This document shows, one piece after another, positions 9,416-18,562 of a DNA stretch of 18,562 nucleotides; the first letter of the stretch is position 1; each line of letters starts with the position of its first letter. Source of the DNA: Ginkgo biloba (taxonomy: Eukaryota > Plantae > Ginkgophyta); assembly GCA_024626585.2 (NCBI GenBank), contig JANKJI020000002.1, positions 208,882,893 through 208,901,454 on the forward strand, in the 5' to 3' direction. Both the position numbers and the translations under genes were made by a program. The notes under the pieces were generated by a model, which ran no database searches, was not told the DNA's origin, and saw only the letters and a list, made by a program, of their open reading frames with translations.

Positions 9416-9963
9416 GACTTTAGTAATTTCTTATTCCACCATGGCATTGAGATTAATTTTCATTCGTTCGTGGGGATTCTATCATCTGCTCTTTTTGGTG
9501 TGGTAGTTTCATTACTTGATAAAGGCTCATTCCCATGGGATATCTCCACAAATCTTTCAAGATATCATATTTTGAAAAAGATGAAGCTTTGTCAAGGGGG
9601 AGTTAGTACTTGGAGTGAAAGGTGGCTTTAGAGTCAAAGTAATCCTATGAGAACCATTAGAATTTTGAAGAAATAAGTAGTCATTACAAGTTGTTGGGTC
9701 TAAGACAACAATTATTCTTTTTGTCTTAAGGCCCTCCTTGTAGTCCAAGGGTTGAAGTTCCTAGCGGGTTTTGGGGAAGCACCCCAGCAGGGTCCAAGTG
9801 GCAAAGCCTCTTCGAGATGCATTGTGGTGCCATCCTTACTGTCTGGGAAACCCTATGATCTCTTTGTGAATCAAAAGTAAGAAATCCCATTCACTTCCTT
9901 TAGGAAAACAAGTAAGTATGGGAGTCCATAGGCTAAAAATGAAAATATAGGTTGTCCTCAAAA

Positions 9964-10990
9964 TGTAAACTTAATCAATGTCGACTCAATCAAAAGCTCA
10001 TATTTGTATGATTTGTTCGGAGTTATTCAACATGCTCAGACATCAAGCTTGAGTAATTAAAGAGCACCATATAATGAGATTCCAAACTCCAACAATTGAA
10101 TGATGGAAGCTTACAATATGATATGGATAAAATTGAGTGAAACTTTGGCAAATGTTGAAGTTTTGTTAGGCAAAAAATCAAAGTGCAAAAGGGCCTAATA
10201 CTAGCAAAGAGAGCCAACAGTGTAATCGAGTGAAAGTGCAAATTCTAGAATAAGTTGGCAATTCATTGCATGGGATCTACTGAGATTTATTGATGGAGAT
10301 CAACGATGGGATTTTGTCAGAGCTTGGCACTAAGTATAAAAGTGCAAAAGGGCCTACTAGTGTAATTGAGAGAATATGCAAAATACAAAAAGGTCTAATA
10401 GGAATGCAAAATGACCTGACATAGTACAAGAGTGCCTCGAGACCTACAATGGTCCAACCCAACTTCCACATGAGCAAATTACCACATGGAAGATGTGAAC
10501 TCAACTAGCTACAAGTCAAGAAGTTAGAATTGAACAATTATATAACAGTATCTTGCTTAGGTCATGTAGGCAACCAACTAGAACAGTAGTTGTAGTGAAG
10601 CATTATAAAAGCTCACTTGAAATTAGAAGCTGAGGTTCCATAGTTGGTTTCTTATAATCAAAGGAGGCGGAGAGTTCACTTCCTTCTATTAGAGGAGTTC
10701 GAATGACTAGAAATTGGACACAAAGGGTTCTCGCATTTTTTATCTTCTCTTTCTAAGAATCTTGCAGATATTGTAAGTTGATTTTTGTGTGGAGGCAACA
10801 ATTTTGTGCACTCTGATTAGCAACCCTCTTGTGGGATATAAAGCTCTATAATTCTCTGGATACAAATTCAACATTAAAGCTTGATGGAAAAGCTCTGTAG
10901 AGCATTCTCTTTTTTGTTAACAAAATCAATCTTTTCCTTATGACTATAGGCGATGAATGTGAATTATTGTAATTTTTATCTGTAGTACAC
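9964..10990. mobile_element. LTR-like non-coding segment with internal subrepeats
   Basis: Exact 18-mer AAAGTGCAAAAGGGCCTA at 10180 and 10339 with degenerate copies near 10381 and 10402; TATAAAA at about 10604. Boundaries are uncertain. Confidence 0.35.
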
Positions 10991-12113
10991 ATAATAAGCT
11001 TCAGATAAAAATGGAGGAGAAATAACTCAAAGCCTTATGAGGTTTTCAAAATAGCCATATGTATAGAATTTATTGAACATAATTAGACAAATCTCACAAG
11101 GAATAGGATCGATTAAGGAAGGGACCAATTATTTTTTCTATAAAACTAATAGGCAAGAACTAAAGCTCTAGTGCTCAGTAGGCAATGGAGGTGCACAAAT
11201 TTGATACACTAGGATATGGATTGGTGTAGCAATCTTTGAGAATTATGAAAGCTTGAGGATTGTGTATAGGAGTGTTAGCTTATGAATTGTTACATCGCAA
11301 TGGATTGCTAGCATTCAACATATCACTTAATGCAAGTCAAATTACCTAAAGGAATGAGGATTATCTATATCTCATTAAGAAATTTGAAAAATTTAAAAGG
11401 TAGTATGGAAAAAAGCCTCCCACTCCTATCTAGTGAACAATAGTGGAGTCTAATGTTGTGGTGAAGATAGAGTTTGCATACAAGGACTTGAGGATTGTTC
11501 TATTATGAAGATCAAGTTCATAACGATATTCATTTGATATTAAGGTGGTGGTCAAAGAAAAATGTTGATTGGCCAAGTTGTATTGGCACAATAAGTAGCA
11601 AGGAGGAATGGTATCGGTATATGAAGTAGTGGAGGTGGATTGAGAAACTTTCTAAGTGCACAAGATTCAAACCTAGTTATTAGGGAAAAGACACATCTTC
11701 TCAAGTGATAGCAAACAAAGATTGAGCCATTAAAAAACGAAGGGTATTGGCCTTCATATATCATGTAGAGTTTGCTACAAAGGTAATCGTGGAGAGCATA
11801 GTATATGATGAGGAGACACCTAACCTAAATAACATAGTAGTGATACTTGTGGAAGCAAAAAAAAAAAATCGTTCATGTATGAAACTTCTAGAAATGAACA
11901 AGAAAATGATAATATTATCAAGAGAACAATGTTGTACATTGGACACCTCCACATGAGGTTACTAGAGCGATTATTGGTATAGAGACCTAAGGTGTCAGTA
12001 CGAAGAATGTGCACNNNNNNNNNNNNNNNNNNNNNNNNNNNNNNNNNNNNNNNNNNNNNNNNNNNNNNNNNNNNNNNNNNNNNNNNNNNNNNNNNNNNNN
12101 NNNNNNNNNNNNN

Positions 12114-14579
12114 NCTTTATACCATAGTAAGCCCCCTTTCCACTTATACATGCCCACAATACTTGTTGTCCCCTACTGTACTTTAGAAATCAGATTGACT
12201 ATATCATTGTTTTTAGTGTACTCAACTTGGATTTCAACTGTCCATTGGGGTTCTATGGTCGTCATAACCTCTAAGCCAACATCATCATACCTCCTTGAAA
12301 GCGCACCCACTACAATATTCTTATTTCCTTTTTTATAGTTGATTTCAAAGTGAAAAGATTGTAACCTCAAAACCCATCTCTGCTAGATCGTGCTCAAGGG
12401 TTTTTGGGATAAGGAGTACTTGAGACTATTATGATTAGTCCTTACCTTAAAGGAACTACCCAACAAATTGCATTGCCACTTCTCCACCGCATGAATTATT
12501 ACCAATATCTCTTTATCATTTGCAGATAGTGAAAGTTCTTATTTCTTGAACTTCCCACTCTCAAAAGCTATGGGCCTCCTTTCCTACATGAGAACTGCTC
12601 CGATTCCCACACTCGAAGCATCACACTCAGCCAAGATTGATAAGGTAGTCATAATCCCCTTGAGCTGATCAAAACATTTTTTAGCTTCCTTGTTCCAAGA
12701 AAAGGCCCCTTTCTTGGTCAAACTGCTCAAGGCGGCTACCTTGGATGAATAATATTTTACAAATCTTCAATAATACTTTGTCAACCTTAAAATCTCCCAC
12801 AACTTTAAGATGTTAGTTGGCCTAGGCCAACTCAAGATTGCCTCAATCTTTCCTCAAATCCACTATAACTCCCTTTGGGGAAATAATGTGACCAAGATAT
12901 TCTAATTCTANNNNNNNNNNNNTTGGATTTTTTAGCATACAATTGATTATCTCTTAACACTTGTTGAACCATCCTTAGATGATCCATGTGTAGCTGCAAG
13001 GTAGAACTATAAACCAAGATATCATGAAAAAAAAACATTTAAATTTTTTGAAGAAAAGGTCCAAATACCTTGTTCATCACAACCTGAAAAGTTGTTGGGG
13101 AGTTGGTGAGCCCAAAGGACATCACCAAGAACTCATAGTGGCCTAAACAAATTCTAAAGCAATCTTTGGAGTGTCCTCTTTTCTAACCCGTATCTGATGA
13201 TACCCCAATCTCAGGGCAATCTTTGGAAAAATGGCCACTCTATGTAGTTCATCCATAACATAGTCAATCCAAGAACTTGGAAATCCATTCTTTATAGTGG
13301 CCTTGTTGAGGCCCCCGTAATCAATGCTCATCCTCTATGTTCCATCTTTCTTTCTTGATAGAACTACCAATGCGGCAAATGGACTCCTGCTGGGAACTGT
13401 ATGTCCTAAATACCCCATTCCTTCACTATCCTCTCAATTTCAAACTTGTAAAAATGAGCTAGTTGATATGGAGGAATCATAATTGGAGTTGTTCCTAGCT
13501 CTAATTCGATGATATTCTCCATTCCACAATGAATAGGAAGACCCTTGGGCAAATCAACAAACACATTATTGAAGGATTCCACTACCTCGTTCAAATTGCT
13601 GAAAGGTGACATTACCTCTTCTTCTGCTAGAGGATGTATTAAATAAATTTGAGCTAAAATCCCTGGTTCTCCTGTGCTCGAATTCTTTTTTCATTTGCCA
13701 AGTTGTAATTAATTACGGTGTAAGACTATTAACTCCTTGAATTTTCACTTCTCTGTCAACCTCTTTAATTCCAATGGACAACTCTTTCAAATGAAGTTTG
13801 ATTTCCCGTAAAGTTTGCAACCATTATGCGTCTAGTATCTGATCCTATGCACTGACAGCCACAACATAGAAATTAGAAACATGTGGTCACCTATTCTTAA
13901 TTGTACTCACCTGCAAATTCCCTCGCATTCCATAGTTGCCTCATCTGCAACCCATACCTTAAAACCAACCAATCTATCTAGAGGAAGTCGTAGTTGCTTA
14001 GCCACTGAAGACTTAATAAAATTATGCGTGCTGCCCATATCTATGAGATCCATCAACTTCATTTTCTTCACATGGGCAATAACCTACATTGTTTTTGGCT
14101 GAAGTACACCTACCATGGCCAAAATGTATATGAGTGGGGTGTCAACTTCCATGCTGAATTTAGTATTATCTTTATTATTTAGCTCCTCATTATTCTTGAT
14201 TTCTTCGTTGACCACCTCCTCCTCATAGATGCACATTTGTGGCCCGGTTGCTACCGTTCCTTGTACTGAAAACATAGCCCTTCTGCCTAAGTTCATCAAC
14301 TTGGCTAGGCTCCAATGATNNNNNNNNNNNNNNNNNNNNNNNNNNNNNNNNNNNNNNCCGACTACTACTAACTTTGTTGTGACTGGAAAACTGTTGTACC
14401 TGTTGTTCTCTGTGGCTTAAAACTTGCTATGATCCTTTCCTTGGACCACTATAGCATGCTCTCTTCATAACTCAACACTTTGTTTATGGCTTCTTCTCAA
14501 CTTCTAGGTCCATGTCCTTTATGTCCCTTCAGGGGCCCTTTCAACTAGTCAATAAACATCAAAATAGGTTGCGGTCTAC
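12114..14579 (-). mobile_element. Decayed Ty3/Gypsy chromovirus-type gag-pol (gag end, PR, RT, RNase H, start of integrase region)
   Basis: Gag: LMFID*LKGPL.. and DELRQKGLCF..PGHKC. PR: LIDMGSTHNFI. RT: [54 protein letters not shown]: ECDAS..GIGAVL..PIAFES..YKKGNKNIVVGALSR. Many stops and frameshifts. Confidence 0.95.
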
Positions 14580-14679
14580 NNNNNNNNNNNNNNNNNNNNN
14601 NNNNNNNNNNNNNNNNNNNNNNNNNNNNNNNNNNNNNNNNNNNNNNNNNNNNNNNNNNNNNNNNNNNNNNNNNNNNNNN

Positions 14680-15090
14680 CAATAAGGATGTGTTGATTAC
14701 ATGCAAATCTCACATGTTTGAATTCCAGTTTGTTGGTCGTAAAAATTGCTTTATTAGAGAGAAGGATTTGCAAAATGTTCCCATTATTTTAGCAATTCAA
14801 GTCAAATGAATTGCAAGTAAGAAAGGTACCTTTTGCATTACAGTTGTGGCCATTGGTTAAGAAGAGCATTCAAGGAAGGAAGTTGCATCTTCAAACCCTA
14901 TGCTTAAGTCTTTATTGTTAGAATTTGCTGATGTTTTTCCTCATGACCTTCCCAAGGAGTTGCCCACTCAAAGGGATGTGGATCATGTCATAGGTTTGGA
15001 ACCTGAAAACAAGCCAATCTACCGAGTCCCTTATCGCTTGAGACATGGGGAGAAGGAGGTAAAGAAATAGATTGTTGAGTTATTGGTTGT
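14680..15090 (+). pseudogene. Ty3/Gypsy PR-RT linker fragment from a second element
   Basis: LLLEFADVFPHDLPKELPTQRDVDHVIGLEPENKPIYRVPYRL, the conserved segment upstream of chromovirus RT. In-frame stops keep it out of the ORF track. Confidence 0.9.
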
Positions 15091-15099
15091 GCAAATGTT

Positions 15100-16060
15100 A
15101 GGATCACCCTCCGTGCTTCTACCCAAACTTGTTGAATTAATGCCTCTGTCATATCTAGGATGGTTGCAATTGGTGTGGCTAATTTAACCAGAATTTCGAA
15201 TTGCGAGACTTGCTTGACCAAGTGGATGGGAGAACATCTTTGACTATTGGCATTTTGCATCTCGTCATCGATTGTGTTGATCTAGGCATCAACCACCCTC
15301 CATGTTTGTGCCTCCCAAGGTTGGTCATAGACTTCTCTAGATGTGGTTGCCTCCATTTATGCCTCCTTTTGCAAGTCATGTATTGTTTTCTTAGCAATTT
15401 GAAGTCGCTTCTTTTCCATCTTCGGCTTGGGATAGTGCTAACTGGCCTTGCTCTAGGTTTGTATAGCATACAAGTNNNNNNNNNNNNNNNGTCTTCTTCC
15501 TTGACCATCTCCATCTATATGAGATGAGCACTTTTGTCTTTTTGCTTCTGTTAAGTTTTGTCATCTTGGTCTCTCAAACCATACCAATTGCACAGTTTTG
15601 CATCACTTTGATTATGGTGTGGGCATCTTTGACAAAATGCCCCCATTTCTAGCATTTCTAACATTGGATGATTAGTTGTTTAGATAGGTCATAACTCACC
15701 CGTATTCCCTCAAAATCTTGATTTGTTCTCATGTTTTGATTGGATTGCAAATTTTTGTATCCATTACATTAACATCCATTACCTTTTGTGGGCTTCGGGG
15801 ATAGGCCTCATCATTTATCAAGTAGACTCGAGCATCCTATGTCTTGCATCTATTCTTGGCATTATACTTAAATTCATTGCTACTATGATTTTTCAATTTG
15901 TAAATATCACAATACTTACTAGGTTCTAGACATTCACCCTCCAAGTGGCATTCCAATATACACTTCGTGCATCGGATCGCTTTCCTTTCTTACTTCTTAT
16001 TCAAGGTCAATTCCTTCATCATCTGCATCATGTCTTGATGTAGGGCTATTGAGATTTATT
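15100..16060 (-). pseudogene. Ty3/Gypsy gag C-terminal half with multiple zinc knuckles
   Basis: IRCTKCILECHLEGEC, YCDIYKLKNHSSNEF, IQC*KC*KWGHFVKD and LCNWYGLRDQDDKT remnants, followed by YAIQT..YPKPKMEKKRL and LVKQV.QFEILVKL. Confidence 0.7.
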
Positions 16061-16092
16061 AATCAAGGTTCAATTCTTAGTACTGTTATTTT

Positions 16093-16153
16093 ATTTTTAG
16101 CAGGTGGCTATTTTAGCAGGTGGCCATTTTTGGAAGATGACTATTTTAGCCAT
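16093..16153. repeat. 16-17-bp minisatellite (ATTTTAGCAGGTGGCY)
   Basis: About 3.5 copies visible, running into an N gap. Confidence 0.7.
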
Positions 16154-16596
16154 NNNNNNNNNNNNNNNNNNNNNNNNNNNNNNNNNNNNNNNNNNNNNNN
16201 NNNNNNNNNNNNNNNNNNNNNNNNNNNNNNNNNNNNNNNNNNNNNNNNNNNNNCCTTATCCATGCTTTGAAAGAGGTACCAAGAGCCACACCACATAATC
16301 CAAAATTTGCATATTCTTGAACTACTTCACATTTTGTAGTTGCTTCCACTCCCTTCTAGATCGTTTATGCTTGGGTTCTTGATCTTCAAACTACTCAGAT
16401 GGCACCCTTTTTTCTTTATGAAAATTATCCATCTCTTCCTCTTCTTGTTCTAGTGTAGGTTCCNNNNNNNNNNNNNNNNNNNNNNNNNNNNNNNNNNNNN
16501 NNNNNNNNNNNNNNNNNTCTTAAGCTTTCTAACTTCAACCTCAATGGCTTCCAACTTCTTCAAGATCTCAGATTCAATCCTGAAATCCTCCCTTGG

Positions 16597-16608
16597 GCTC
16601 TGATACCA
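16597..16608 (-). promoter_or_regulatory. Primer binding site (tRNA-iMet), duplicated copy
   Basis: Minus strand TGGTATCAGAGC, a perfect plant iMet PBS. Confidence 0.85.
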
Positions 16609-16738
16609 TTAACCACTTCCTTCTTCTGTCATAAGTAAGGACTGGATTCTCTCGATTTCTCGTAAGCTTTCTAACTTTTACCTCAATGGCTTCCAACTTC
16701 TTCAAGATCTCAGATTCAATCCTGGAATCCTCCCTTGG

Positions 16739-16750
16739 GCTTTGATACCA
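16739..16750 (-). promoter_or_regulatory. Primer binding site (tRNA-iMet), LTR-adjacent copy
   Basis: Minus strand TGGTATCAAAGC (one mismatch), preceded by ..CTATTATA A, which may be a CA>TA-mutated LTR end. Confidence 0.8.
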
Positions 16751-16751
16751 T

Positions 16752-17443
16752 TATAATAGTCTTCTCTATTGAGCCTACATGCCAACACATTTGAGTACAA
16801 CAACATAGATAATCATTATAATACCAGTGCATAATAAATATTTATTTATATTAATTAATGACTAATGCACATACATGACATACCTAAAAGGTAGACTATT
16901 AGGGGCAAAGGTAGACTAGGCAATTGGCTTAACATCCACTGTTGGCTACCAAGGACCACCTTAAAGGACCTATTTAGTTGGTAGCTAAATCTCCAGTGGT
17001 AACACAGTACATGCCATTAGCGCCTAGCGACTATTACTAATACGCTAGATGACACTCCTTAACCCAACCAAATAAGGGTGCCATGCGTAGGTCTCTTTGC
17101 AACCTCTCTTTAGCACTATGGCGGTCTTCCAAATGAGACGTCCACCCTAACTAATAGAATACATACATGATAATATTATTGGTTATAACATAAGAGTGAG
17201 CATAAACAAAAAATGGACTTAAAACAACCCACAAGTCAGTCTAGATGTATGACCCATTATCAGTGCTAGCACACCTCATCGCACTGGAGCATCATCGAAG
17301 GTTCTCAAGGTTCTAACCCTACCCTCATTGTTAGTTTGCCCAAATATATCATAAATTCTCACTAGGGCTATGGCTTGTATGGTCCCAAGTTGGAGAAAGA
17401 TGCATGAATGCCTTAGTGTATCCACTACTATACCCAATAGATC
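16752..17443 (-). mobile_element. Probable 5' LTR of a minus-strand LTR retrotransposon
   Basis: Non-coding sequence directly upstream of the PBS. The far boundary is unknown and is set here at the next gap. Confidence 0.55.
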
Positions 17444-18562
17444 NNNNNNNNNNNNNNNNNNNNNNNNNNNNNNNNNNNNNNNNNNNNNNNNNNNNNNNNN
17501 NAACATGAAACAAGAGGGAGTGATAAATATACTAAACCCTAATTGTCAAAGTAATCCATTTTCAACCATAAATATGACAAAATTGCTCTATGACCAAGAA
17601 CGCCCTACTATAAGGAACTTATTTCTGCAATCTTAGGGTTTACAACCTCCATACATGCATACATAACTGGAAATTTAGAGTTCATATTAATTCTATTTAC
17701 ATTAGTTTATGANNNNNNNNNNNNNNNNNNNNNNNNNNNNNNNNNNNNNNNNNNNNNNNNNNNNNNNNNNNNNNNNTTCAAAATGGATTGAAGATGACAA
17801 ACCTTTGTGTAGGTTAAAACATCTTAGTTAAGCCCTTCACCCTGCGACTTATTTTAGAAGGTCAAACACAATGCTACATAAGTGCAAAAAGCCAAAAACC
17901 CTTCGTTGGGTATGAGGAAGCCCTCCAACATTACAGTTCTCCTTAGTAGGACTGGGTGTGTTTACCCTCAACAACTCTTGTTCTTCGAGATTTAGTTGTG
18001 TAAGAAGGTTTGGAACATCGCCTCTCAAGACTCACCTTTCCATATCTCAGTATCTTAGGCATTCTAACCTTCTCAAATGACGTCCTCTTCTCTAATTGTA
18101 TACTCTACTTGTCATCCACTTTTTGCCTCCCACTGTCCAGCAATACATGCTGATTATCGAATAGGAAGTGAAACTACTTTATACCGTCGTTGTTAGGGCT
18201 TCACGGACGACTTGCTTCCAAGATCACTGCCAAGATATCTAGGTAGAGCATCACTACGTTATCCAAGCTAGCGGAGATAATACAATGTTGATGCAAGAAA
18301 TTTTAATTTTTTTGGATGACTTCTATGTCCTCCCTCCAAATTTGGATTAACTACAAGAAGTTAGGTAATGCATCAAGTAATTACAACGATTGTTGATCAT
18401 CATGTTGAGTACAAATTTCAGGTTACGAACCTAGACTAACATTAACATTGTAGAAATATTACTCTTAAGTATGGCAGAGAAAACCCACAAAGAAGTAAGG
18501 CATCAAAGATAGGTTATAACAAGAGATTCTCATTAATCAAGAAAAACATTATACAAGGGGAT

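Larger units (their letters stand above)
16521..16753. repeat. Tandem duplication with 142-bp period containing the PBS
   Basis: 16521-16611 nearly matches 16663-16753, with about 4 substitutions by eye. Confidence 0.9.

Noticed and set aside
9945-9970. PBS and 5' LTR end of the Tat-type element (minus strand GTTTACA-TTTTGAGGACAACC)
   Set aside because: No convincing TGG tRNA complement, and no similarity found between this flank and the putative 3' LTR.
11010-12014. Decayed plus-strand coding-like region
   Set aside because: Possibly an extra TE ORF, but there are many stops and no motif I can identify.
17778-18562. Possible LTR or TE-derived terminal segment
   Set aside because: No terminus, PBS, PPT or coding motif that I can support.

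Overview
Draft-assembly plant DNA with many N gaps, AT-rich and CpG-depleted; the repeat families and exon-in-repeat layout suggest a gymnosperm (inference). It is mostly a mosaic of decayed transposable elements: an L1-type LINE 5' half (-), a hAT-like MITE, a Copia RT/RNase H fragment (+), a Tat-type element with protease and archaeal-type RNase H but no visible RT or integrase (-), a long chromovirus gag-pol (-), and further gag/pol fragments. One intact-looking 96-nt exon of the chloroplast ATP synthase assembly factor CGL160 lies at 3164-3259 (+), so the window may be largely giant introns. The most striking structure is at about 7118-8120, between the Tat element's RNase H and its polypurine tract: ten, possibly eleven, copies of a 26-28-bp quasi-palindrome (reconstructed CGAGATCGAGACACGTGGCATSATCTCG) at a mostly 96-99-bp period, separated by much more divergent ~70-bp spacers. 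This is a CRISPR-like repeat-spacer layout in a eukaryotic retroelement. All family calls come from motif recognition by eye; no searches were run.
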